Source: a virus (taxonomy: Duplodnaviria > Caudoviricetes). Taken from it: a DNA stretch of 39,249 nucleotides. This document shows, one piece after another, positions 1 to 11,300 of the stretch (the stretch's first letter is position 1; every line of letters starts with the position of its first letter). The stretch lies in IMG/VR virus record IMGVR_UViG_3300014202_001563, positions 1-39,249 of that record. One strand, given 5' to 3'. Made by a program: the position numbers and the translations under genes. The notes under the pieces are model-generated. The model was not told where the DNA came from. It saw nothing but the letters and a program-made list of their open reading frames with translations, and searched no databases.

Positions 1-420
1 TTATTTAGTTAATTGAATAATTTCACATGCTGCATAACCGAATGCCGCACCACCCAGTACGGCCAATATCTTGTGCCACCACTTCCAGCCCTCCTCAATA
101 ACCTGCATTGGAGTACTTTCAAACCTCCGGATCTCACCGGCTTGCATCTTTATAATTTCATTTAATGAGAGGATCGAATTGTCATACTTGATTTTATTGG
201 CATCACATAAACTATCATTCCGGGTAAGCCCATCCACCTGGAATTGTAGCTCCTGGTTATTTGCCCGTAATACACTGTCCTCCGCAATTATTAATTCAAT
301 CTCTTTGAACTCTGCCGTATCAAGGCAAAGTACCCCTTGACTGAATACGCTTGTGGAGATACCGCTTAACATTATCAACCCGGCTGCTATCAACAGGATT
401 TTGTAAGATATCTTTTTCAC
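1..420 (-). CDS. Spanin-like lysis accessory protein (signal peptide, coiled coil, C-terminal TM helix)
   Basis: MKK plus hydrophobic stretch ending VFS-Q; heptad-rich middle; C-terminal WWHKILAVLGGAAFGYAAC; overlaps upstream gene by 101 bp as Rz/Rz1 pairs do. Confidence 0.55.
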   Translation of the reverse strand: MKKISYKILLIAAGLIMLSGISTSVFSQGVLCLDTAEFKEIELIIAEDSVLRANNQELQFQVDGLTRNDSLCDANKIKYDNSILSLNEIIKMQAGEIRRFESTPMQVIEEGWKWWHKILAVLGGAAFGYAACEIIQLTK

Positions 421-691
421 GCTTTTTTAATTTATTATTATTAGATGAAACTCTCTCTTTACTTTCTTCAACCTCCCGGCTATTCAGATCACGCAAGAAC
501 TCATTGTATGCGATCTCTGACTTGACCTCGATCAACCCATCCTGTATGCTGTCGATCTTGGCCATTACAACGCTATCAGCTTGCATGAAAACAGATTGCC
601 TGTCTGAATCTATCATGCTACACCGGATAAATACAACCAGGATCAATCCGATCCCGATCAATGCAGCCCATTTAAAAAAATTGTCATTCAT
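320..691 (-). CDS. Spanin-like protein (N-terminal hydrophobic anchor, coiled coil)
   Basis: WAALIGIGLILVVFIRC then helical charged region; follows holin-like gene. Confidence 0.55.
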   Translation of the reverse strand: MNDNFFKWAALIGIGLILVVFIRCSMIDSDRQSVFMQADSVVMAKIDSIQDGLIEVKSEIAYNEFLRDLNSREVEESKERVSSNNNKLKKREKDILQNPVDSSRVDNVKRYLHKRIQSRGTLP

Positions 692-1014
692 TAGTTTTTA
701 CTTCTTCTTATGGCATTTACAATTAATTCTGAATTAACTCCTATGATTAAAGCCATCAGTAATTTTCCGGCCCCGAAATCTTCGCCTATGATCACCTTTA
801 TTGGCAACTGTTCAAAATAAGCTAACACCAAAAAAATTACGTTAAACAGGAATGATCCTACCACGTATGCGGCAAAATCATTCCAGTAACAAAGTATAGG
901 AGGAAATAAACCTTTCAATTTTGGAGTTTGTGTTTTATTGTAGCTCTCTGTATTCCATACGAAAACCGCAATCCATACAATCACCCCGATAACCCAGAAC
1001 ATTACATTTTCCAT
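691..1014 (-). CDS. Putative holin (about three TM helices)
   Basis: 107 aa, three hydrophobic segments, basic C-terminus RRSKN, precedes spanin-like pair. Confidence 0.5.
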   Translation of the reverse strand: MENVMFWVIGVIVWIAVFVWNTESYNKTQTPKLKGLFPPILCYWNDFAAYVVGSFLFNVIFLVLAYFEQLPIKVIIGEDFGAGKLLMALIIGVNSELIVNAIRRSKN

Positions 1015-1033
1015 TTTGTTAAAAGTTAAAGTT

Positions 1034-1897
1034 TTACGGGATTACATTAGCTCCCGTATATGTTAAAAAGGCCTTTATCCTGGCATAGACTAAAAGATAC
1101 TCTGCTTGTGTAAAATGTCTGAATACCCCAAAAAACGGGTATTGCCTTGCTGCGAAATTACCTGCTGTTCCAGAACCGTTATTATCACAAGAAACATACA
1201 AATCTGCGTTAGTCAAAGTGCCGGATACTTTAACATCCCTTATTCTAAGAGTATCATTTATATAACTATAAAGACTATCAGCGTCTTTACGTGTAACACT
1301 ACGCAACCCAAGCGAATGATTCATACCAAAAGCAGCTTGATCCAGAGAATTGATCCCTGTATATAATTTATTACCCAGTCTTATAAATACGAATGATCCC
1401 CTTGTTTGGCCGGAAACGAACACACCAAAATCACGCCCATTATTTATATCAGTTCTTGAATAGATCATCAAACTGCCATTGTTCAGGCTGTAATTTATTG
1501 CATCAACCGTAGGGTTATAATTAGTATTCATCCAGGTACTTGTGCCGTTTCCCAGCCAGCCCAAAAACGGAGTAAACGTAGTACCCCAATTAGTCAAGGT
1601 ATCCCCCGTTACCCAATCAACCCTGCTGGCTGCCTCGTTCTCTGTTGCAAACCATATACGATCCGCAATATCGTTAAGGTTTGTTTCGTTTAGATCTGTT
1701 TTCAGTCCTTTTATAAAAGTATCAATTGCCGTTTTTAACGTATCTGAAAACGTTCCCCGGCTAAAATATGCCTGTGCATCCGCATCATAAGATGGAGCAT
1801 CAATCGCCCCTGGTGTATTCCAGTAGTAATACTGAACACTTGAATTTTGTGCAAAGACAACTCCGGCATGAAATAATATTAAGAATATATACTTCAT
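1034..1897 (-). CDS. Signal-peptide-bearing protein with tail-fibre/lectin (LamG-like) beta domain
   Basis: Start moved to MKYIF (ATGA overlap with upstream stop at 1894-1896); signal ending VFA-Q; YDADAQAYF helix then G/N/T-rich beta region typical of phage adhesin-like proteins. Confidence 0.5.
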   Translation of the reverse strand: MKYIFLILFHAGVVFAQNSSVQYYYWNTPGAIDAPSYDADAQAYFSRGTFSDTLKTAIDTFIKGLKTDLNETNLNDIADRIWFATENEAASRVDWVTGDTLTNWGTTFTPFLGWLGNGTSTWMNTNYNPTVDAINYSLNNGSLMIYSRTDINNGRDFGVFVSGQTRGSFVFIRLGNKLYTGINSLDQAAFGMNHSLGLRSVTRKDADSLYSYINDTLRIRDVKVSGTLTNADLYVSCDNNGSGTAGNFAARQYPFFGVFRHFTQAEYLLVYARIKAFLTYTGANVIP

Positions 1898-2289
1898 TTT
1901 TCGCCCCATACCTGGATTGAAAATTCCTGTGCCGTGTTTTCACCCCAGAATTTCCGCAAGCACATATCACTGTATTCCTTTACACTAAACCGGCCTAAGT
2001 AATCCCAGTTTGATGATCCGGCAACCTTACGCCAATTACCGGCTGCATAAGTTGTATCACCGAAACTTACCTTTAAAACACTATCACATTTTACTGCAAC
2101 CTCATAATACTGATCATATACCTGCCCCATCTTTGTAATAGGTATTGGCAAAGTATCATGCGTACTTAAATTGATCTCAAACAAACTTGTTAGCAGTATC
2201 TTGTTTGTATCAACATTGCCGGTATAAATTGGCTGCGAATTCACCTGGTAACACAAAAACAGTAAAACAATAACGATTAATTTTTTCAT
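1894..2289 (-). CDS. Small secreted beta-sandwich protein, unknown function
   Basis: MKKLIVIVLLFLCYQVNS-Q signal peptide; alternating beta pattern; first gene after late promoter copy. Confidence 0.6.
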   Translation of the reverse strand: MKKLIVIVLLFLCYQVNSQPIYTGNVDTNKILLTSLFEINLSTHDTLPIPITKMGQVYDQYYEVAVKCDSVLKVSFGDTTYAAGNWRKVAGSSNWDYLGRFSVKEYSDMCLRKFWGENTAQEFSIQVWGEK

Positions 2290-2296
2290 AGTATTA

Positions 2297-2341
2297 CAAA
2301 TTTAAGTTTAAAATATTGTTTATTTACAGTGAGAGTATTTT
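2297..2341 (-). promoter_or_regulatory. Late promoter copy 2: 22-bp box plus TAnnTTTG element
   Basis: Minus strand AAAATACTCTCACTGTAAATAA (2341-2320), 15-nt spacer, TAAATTTG (2304-2297), 7 nt before ATG; box identical to 28968-28947. Confidence 0.8.
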
Positions 2342-2342
2342 T

Positions 2343-5300
2343 CTACTTCACTTCTTGTAGTTCTTTCCAGGCTCCCTTGATCTTTTTTTTCAGTTCATCA
2401 GCCTTTTTCTTGCTTAATTTCTTATTTTTTACACTATTTTCTAATATCTGGATTCTGCCATTTACCCATTTTTTATACTTCTTACCGGTTTTACTTTCAA
2501 GTTCTACATAGCCTCCACCCAGGTATCTTTTTACCCTCTGTTGATCGATCTTGTTACTTTTACGTTCCTTATCGCTTGGCTTATATGCATAGATACCGTT
2601 CTCTATCAGCACATCATTTATCCGGTTTAACTTGCTTTCAAAACCCAGATCCTTATTTGTTGTTTTTCCTCCCATCAATTCCATTTGCTTATTAACTTTG
2701 TCATTAAGTACATCCTGGCTGAATCTTAACCTTGATGGAGTTTTTATATTACTCTCATCAAGCAGCTGCCGGGTTTTCTTATTCAGATCCGTTAATCTCA
2801 ATGTTAAATTTGTATTGTCGGAGTTCTTATCAAACTCCAGCATCAGCCGGTATGCCTGTTCTTTTATATGCTCCGGCAAGTTCTTTTTTTCATTCAGCAG
2901 CTTTCTTAATCCGCTTAAGGTTTCATTTGTTTCATCATACAATATCTTCTGTTCAATGATCTGCTTTTTTTCCTCAACGCTGAAACTATCTCCGCTTTCT
3001 TTCAACCGGCTGAACTGCTGCTTTACTGCGTTATAACTATCATAAAAATTCCTGTAACTCCGGCCTTTCATTATGTAGTCCTTTTCCCATCTGTATATTG
3101 GTAAAGATGGCCGGTAATTACTTGCAGTCCTCATTATTAAACCGCCTAATCCTCCAAACTGATTTGATAACCAGTATTCTACTTTCATTGGAGAGAGTTT
3201 CAATACCTTACCGATAAACCTCGATACATTACTCGTATATTCAGTGTACTGCATTTCCGGAGCTTTATCCATAAGATACTGCGGTACTATTGGAGCAATT
3301 TCCGGGTAAGTCCTTACATTAGCTGCCGTTTCAAATGTAGGCCGGATCATTTTTGGTGTCCAGCTTATCAGCAGCTTTACAGGATCACTTACGTTGAACT
3401 GATCAGGAATCCAGCTTGTAGCTACCTCTGCATACTCCTTAAATGAAGTCTGGTTGTTTCCGTAATGACTGATCACAAATAGATATGCTAATCCGCTGAT
3501 TGATCCTATTTGCTCCGGGATCCGGATCCTGATGAATCCCTGGCCGCTTGGCTCCGGTATATATATTGCCCTGGTTAATTCTTTAACCGGCATTTCCGAT
3601 AACTGCCTTTTCTGATCATCACTACCGGCTATCATTGTCGCAATTGCATTTGTAAACGCTGATACAAGTATAGCTGCTGTCCACGTGCCGGTTCTTACAG
3701 GATGTTTCTGTGCTGTGCTGCCGAATTTTGCAAGTGCATTAATTGTTGCGCTGAAGTATGGTAAAGATCCCAGTATAAGTTTATCATGTCCCCACCAGTG
3801 GCCACGCTTATTAAATGGTACACTCACTTCATTAGCTAAGTATAAAGCCTCCAGATCACTCATCCCCTGTTCCTTTGCCCTCCTGAATTCAGCAAACCGG
3901 GTAAATAACTCCGATAAATTACTGGGCATCTCTAAGATCGATAACCCGGCATCAACAGCTTTCATTGCCTTACCTGTAAATGTATCACCTATTAGCTCCT
4001 GTTTAAGATCAGCTGGCGATTTATCACGCATTGAATTTGCGAATGTCGATCGTTTTCCTCCTATGTAATTATACTTTTTCCATAACGCATCACGGCTCAA
4101 CCAATCAACAAAACTCTTTGCAGCCGATACACCCGGCTTAAATCCGGTTTCACTTTGTATTGAGGCCGTTACCTGGTCAATCGTTAAGTTACCCATTGCC
4201 CATATTGGATTTGCGGATGTTGTCATTCTGGTAAATAATTTACTTGGCAAAGTTAAAACCTTTACAAGTAAACTCATTTCTTCTGATCTGAAATTTTCCT
4301 TTATTGCTTTGAGTTCCGGAGCTAACCGGAAATATAATTTTTCACCATCTACAAAAACCCTCATCAGTGAACTGTCCTTATCCTGTGGATATTCTATCTT
4401 GCCTGTTTGTTCATTCATAACACTGAATGTAGGTACATTCTCAAATCTCTGTGCTACCTGGTAGTGTTTTTCGCTAAGTTCCCATAACTTCAACCAGGTT
4501 AAATTTTCCAGCCCCTTGCCGATTGTTTCAGTTATGGCCGTGATCTGGTTATATACAGGATCGATAATATCTAACCGGCTGCCGGTATATTTCCGCAAAC
4601 TTCTTACCTTGCTTAAACTGTTCTGGCTAACATTCAAACTGCCCGTATTCAGTTCATCATTAACAAACCTGTAAAATGCCGTGTAATTATCTTTTTTATT
4701 GAATGCCTCCGCAATTTCAGGTTTTATCAATCCGGTTTTAAACATGAATTCAGTCAATGCCCGGTTTACTCTGTCATAGATACCGGCTGCCTCTGTAAAC
4801 TGATCCTCAAATTCACTCGTAACAGCCTGTGCATCCTGTAATGAAAAATCATTGTTTCTTATCCTGGATTCAACCTCATCATAATCACGCTGCAATTGGT
4901 TAATTTCAAACTGCAATTCTTTAGCCTCCGGATCATCCTTATCGTACTTCTCAATTTCCTTTTTCAGTTTGTTCAGTTCATTTTCCAGCTTGAACATTTG
5001 ATCGAATTCAGCAGATACACGCCTCATCACCAGATACCGGCTGAATTGTTTCTCTTTGCCCTCAATTAACTTAAGATAGCTCGAAACACTTCCCTCCAGT
5101 TCAGTGATATTACCACGTTGATCCAGTAAGATCATCTTATCGCCTTTTATCCACTGTGCCATAAAATGATTTTTTAAACCCCTGGCATAACCGAATACAC
5201 TCGGATCATGGATCGAATTCCGCACACCGGCATGTTCAGCAACCCTTTCAAGTGGCTCATTGGCATTCTGCATTTGATAGATCAGCTTTTGCCACCAGTT

Positions 5301-8300
5301 AAATCCGGTATCCCTGTGTACAACTTCTTTACCATCCCTTATCCTGGCTCCCACTCTCTCATCCGGAGTTAATTGAGCGAAATCATCAACTATCTCGTTT
5401 AATCCCTCCAGCAGCATTGTAAATTCTTTTTTGTAATACTGGCCATTAGGATTGATAAACTCCCTTACAAGTTCAGGATATGCATTTACCATACCTGCCG
5501 GGTTCTGGAAATATTCATGTATGAATGTTGCTATACCCTCTATGATCTGTAATTTTTTATTATCACCCTGCTTTGCATCCGGGTAATACATCAAATAAAG
5601 ATCCTGTAATTCATTGATGATAGATTTATCATTGTTCATTTTTATCTCATCAACAATCTGGTAAGTATCATCAATAAAATGTGCCGTTTCATGTGCTGCC
5701 GCAACTATATCATATAAGGCATTAACCCGGATCAGCTGGCTTATTTTGTTGAACTTACCGGCAAACTTTTTTAATAATCCTCTCTCACGTGAAAGTACCC
5801 CAATATCCTGGAGTACAGCCTTGATCCTGTCCGATACTAAAAACTCACCCGGCTTAATACCACTCAATACCCTGTTAGGATCTTTGGCAAGTTCCATCAT
5901 ACTCTTTCTGTCCTGGTGGCTTAAACTGTTATATCCGTGAGTTCTGTTTTTTAAACCCAGTTCAGCTATATTTTTGCTATCTTCAGCCTCATCACTATCA
6001 TCAATATCCTGTTCACTCTGCTCTCCTATACCCAGTTCATTATCAATTTCAATTGCTTTTACACTAAGTTCATTGTATTCAGCCTCGTTATCAAATGTCT
6101 TTTTCGCAAGATCACCCGATTTATCAAGCTCCCTTTTACTCTCAACAATTAACCGTTCATTAGCCTCAACTGTATGATCTAACCTGGTAGTAACCGCATT
6201 AAACATTCTGCTGTAATATTCATAGTTGCTTGCTGAATCCTGTTTAACATCTACAACAGGATAACTATCTTCACCTTTTAGCGAAACTTCAACAGCCCAC
6301 TTCTGTGCATCAGCGGATCTCGAAGCCCAGAAATCTTTTACCATTCGAACATTTATGTCGTATCCCAGAAAATCACCGATTGTTCTTTCAATTCCCTCTG
6401 ATCTCACCTCTGCAAAAAACTTCTTTATCTCATCAGCAACAGCGGCATCAAACTCTTTAAGTTTATCGTAATCCTTACCCTGCACTTTTAATGGATGATC
6501 CTCTACATGTTTTGCAATAGATTTTACATCACCCGGTATTTTCTTCCTGTCTTTATTTGCCCTTTTAATCTCATCTTGCAGATTAACGATCCGGCCCGGA
6601 TAAGTCGCAAGTATATGTTTCGCTTTATCAACCAGCTTGTTATGATCTTGCCGCAGCGCATTCAGTTTGTAAAGTCTATCCGCTACCTTAAATTTTTCAA
6701 GTACTAACGGATTACCAGTGGCAAGCGCCTTGGCCTCCGCATAGCTCAAATGCCGCCCATCTATATCCTCCGCTTTCCGGATATTGGTATCACCGGTCAT
6801 TATTTGCCCTATAAACCTGGCTTTATTTTCAAGCAGCTGCCACATATAAGCATCAAAACTTCCCTCCGTGATGTACCTGAAAATCTCTACTTCTGCATTG
6901 CTGTTACCCTGCCTTAATATTCTGCCCTCTCTTTGTTCAATATCTCTTGGCCTCCAGGCTGCATCAAGATGGTGAAGTGCTATAAGCCTCTTTTGAATAT
7001 TTACACCGGCTCCCATTCTTTCAGTGCTGCCGAAAACGATCCTTATTGTCCCGGCATTTACAGCATCATACAATTTCAGCTTGCCAATATCAGTATCAAA
7101 CTCCTGGTGAAAAGCAATCTCGTTTTTTGGAATACCCATTTCAACCAGTTTATTACGCATCTCATCATACAGGTTGAATTGCCCTTTTTTATAAGTGCTA
7201 AGATCCAGAAACATCAATTGTGTTGATTTCTCTTTTTTCGTCTTTTCCCATATTGAATACATATTTTTAACAGCCTCGTTTACCTTGCTGCCCGGATCAT
7301 CCGGCATTGTAGGATCGATCAGCCGCATATCTATACTTGCTTTTCTGCCGTCATTAGTGATCTTAAGCATGTTATCATCCCTGGGATCAACATCACGGCT
7401 CTTTACAGCCTCCATTCTCTCTGAAAGAGATACCTTGATGTAACGCTCCAGTTCTGGGCTTGGCTTGATCTTTACTACTGTCGGTTTACCGCCTTTTAAT
7501 TTTGGCCTTGGTAAGTTCAGCTGCTCTGCTGTTTTTATATCCGCAACTAACCTGAATACATTCATCAGTTCAGGTATGTTCATAAACTTGGCCATTCTTG
7601 TTTTTACCTGGAAACCGCTGCCTAAAACATCAACTTCATATTTTGTTTCCGTTTCACCGAAATCATGCACCCAGTTATCAAAATGTTCAATGCCGTATTC
7701 TTTCAATAATTGCGGCTGCAAGTATCTCTGCATTGTGAACATTTCCGCAAGTGAGTTACTTACCGGAGTACCTGTGGCAAATACTATTCCTTTACCGTAT
7801 TTACTCCGCAAATAATTGGTTTTAATATACAGATCCATTGCCCTATCACTGTATGTATTGGCAATCCCCGGCATGTTTGTGATCTTAGTTGCGAAAAATA
7901 AGTTCTTATAAAGATCAGCCTCATCTACGAATAACTGATCCACTCCCAGATCTTCATAATAAATTGTTTTATCACGCTTAATACCCCGGTCAATACTCCT
8001 TAATTTTTCCTCTAATTTCTTGATAGCGGCTACTATTCTTTTCACACTGTTCCGGCTATCAGTTTCATTTTGTGCCTCTATCAATGCGGCTTCAAGTATT
8101 GCTAATTGCTCCTCGATATGCTGGTTAAATGTAGCATTGGTAACAGGTAACATCTTGAAAGTACTGTGAGAAACTATGATACTATCCCAATCACCTGTGG
8201 CAATCCGGCTCATAAATATATTACGTTTCTCTTTTTTGAAATCATCCTTGGTAATTGTTAAGAGTTTCGCATTAGGATACAGCAGCAAAAACTCTTTACT

Positions 8301-11300
8301 GAACTGTGATACCAGCGAATTAGGCACTACAAACATAGGTTTCTTTGCAACTCCCAGCCTCCGCAACTCCATAGCTGCCGTTACCATTGTCCAGGTTTTT
8401 CCGGCCCCTACAACATGAGCTAATAATACATCCCTCTGTTGAGTGATCCTGAATGCTGCATCCCTTACATGTGGGAATAAACGATCCGCAACTTCATGGT
8501 TAGCTGCCTCCAGTGTTAAATGCTTACCATCAAATGTACGAACTTTAAGATTATTGAAATGTTTATTATAATGATCTACTAACCTTTTTTTACGATCCTC
8601 GTTTTCCCAGATCCACTCCTTAAACCTGGTTTTGATCTTCTGCTGCTTTTCCTGTGCTACTGCTGTATCCTTTTTGTTTAATACCCTCTTTTTTTCAGTT
8701 CCCTCATAATATGTATCATATACTTTCGGAGTTTTATGGTTCAAACTCATCAACAGAAGATCACTTCCCCACACTCTTTCAGTTCCCCACTCTGAATTAT
8801 TTGAACTGGTATTGCCGTAACCATACATATCCGGGTAATCAGCTTTCCAGTTATTTAATGCCTGACTGTAACCGATCTTTATAACACCTTTTCTATCTAT
8901 GATCATATCAGCGAATTCCTGGTAATCTTCAACCGGTATCCAATTACTGCCTAAACTTACATCAATTTCAGCAGCTACCAGATCTGCTGGCTGTACTTTG
9001 ATCAGTGCATCAACATTATCAATATACTCCGGCTCATTCTTTGCCTTTTCCTCCGCTAATTCAAGTTTCTTTTTAACATTGCCGCTTAAATATTCATCAC
9101 CTGTTTGAAACTCACCGGATTCCGGATCCTTGAAGATGATCCCTCTCAAATCCTGTACAGCCTCATCAGTGGTTTTGCCGGTTAGCTCTGCAATTCGTTC
9201 AAGGTTAATATTCCCGAATTCATTTAAACTTATTGTGAGTGCCTCCAGTGAATTATCAGCCTTATCGATTTTCTTTACAGGAAATGAAACACGCTTATTG
9301 AAAATATCTGATTTTGTATAGGTTTTTTTATCCTCATCATATATCTCAAGTGCTTTCAAAAATGCAAGGTTAGGATCTTCACCATACTCTTTATCCTTAA
9401 GCATGTTGATATTTTTCCGGTCATTCAAAAATCCGAATTCCTTTACAAATTTATCATACATCTTATTAAAGGATTTCATTTCTTTCTGCATCATACTATC
9501 ATCAGCAGATTCATTCTCTGTCCTGATGAGATCCCTGGCCGCATCATTGATACTGATCATACCCTTTATACGGTCAAGTGCTGTACCTTTTACATTTATC
9601 TTCCGTAAACTCTGTACAGTTTTTCCATCTTCCTTAAATTCATTGATCTTCCTGTAAACTACACCATCAATAATTACGAATGCACCATCCGGAAGTTCCT
9701 TGGTAGCCGGATTTTCCAGCATCAATTTATCATAAATATCCGTTGTTTCTGATTTCTCTGCCTGGAATATTCCCTTGGGTAAATGCCTGTCTATGATCTC
9801 ACTTAGCTGCTGTTCCAAATTATCACTTGTCGGAGTAACTATAAGCTCATTATTGCTGTATAATCCATCACCGATCTCCATTTTACCGGCAACCATTTCA
9901 GGATGATTTACAAAGTAAGTATTTATATTTACCGCTGCCGGTTCATCTTTACCCTGGAATGTTTGTTTTTCAGTCTTTATCCACTCATTGTTTTTTATGT
10001 ACCTTGGTGAGTACAGTATCTCATCACCCATTTTCTCATACATAACCCGTAACTTTGTCCTGATATTGCCAGTAACTTCATTCCATTGCTTTTTAACAGC
10101 ATCAAAATTTTCACGCTTTATACCCAGTGTTATACTCTTGCCGGTTACACCATCATAGATCCGGAAATTGCCGTTTTCACTTTCAGTATAAAACAGATCG
10201 TAATCCTCAAAACCGGCTATTGCTTCACTTAACGGAGTGCCTTTTACTTTTTTGAATCCTTTATCATAAGTATAATAATCCTTACTTACCCTGGTAGCAT
10301 TAACTGTTTTCTCATTATCAAATTTCTTTCGTAAGAAAATTATATCAGTTGCTACACTGGTATTGGCATTCTGCAAGAATGTATCATTAGGTAATCTTAT
10401 AGCTCCTACAAGTGCTGCCTGGCTGTTTAAATATTGCCTTACCTCTGAATTCAAACTATCCATTGTACCCTTAGAAGTAATAAAAGCAACTATGCCGCCT
10501 TGTTTAACCTTGTCAATTGCTTTTACAAAGAAATAATTATGAATTCTTGAAGTCTTGAATTTCTCTTTGTAATCAATATCAGTTATCGCATAATCACCAA
10601 ATGGTACATTGCTGATAAACAGATCAACACTCTCATCCATAATTGGTACATCCTCAAAACCCTGGATCAAATAATCAGAATCCGAATACAGATACTTTCC
10701 TATCTGACCGGTTAAGTTGTCGATCTCTACTGCTGTAAATTTTGAATTGTCGTGTATGGATTGTGGTGAAGTACCTATGAAATGCCCTATGCCGGATGAT
10801 GGCTCAACTATATTGCCGCCTGTGAATCCAAACTTCTGTATTGCGTTCCACATACCCCGGATTATTGCCGGATGAGTGAAATGTGCGTTTAATACAGATC
10901 CTTTGGCTGATCTATAATCAGCTTCCGAAAGTAATTCCTTTAGCTGCTTATATCTTTTAGCCCAGTTCTTTTTTCTCTCATCAAATATATCCGGGATACC
11001 ACCCCAGCCAACATACTTAACTAAGATATCTTTTTCTGCCTGTGTTACCTGGCTTGCACTTCTGAAATCAGATTGAATTTTTTTAAGGGTTTCAATTGCT
11101 CGTATGTTATCATCCGCTTTTTTTGTAGGTGAAAACTTCTCATCTACAATATCAGCATCATTGGTTATTCTGTAATTTCCTGATCCTTTAACAAGTGATC
11201 GCTCATCACCTGTTCCATCGCTGATAGGCCGGCCATTGTTTCGTTTGTTCCGTTCTGTATCATTTGTTTCATTACCTGATCCATCTCCTCCAGGATCAGC

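Noticed and set aside
2320-2341. Identical 22-bp direct repeat (with 28947-28968) as attL/attR or terminal repeat
   Set aside because: Both copies are internal to continuous phage modules, no integrase nearby, and both keep fixed spacing to a promoter element
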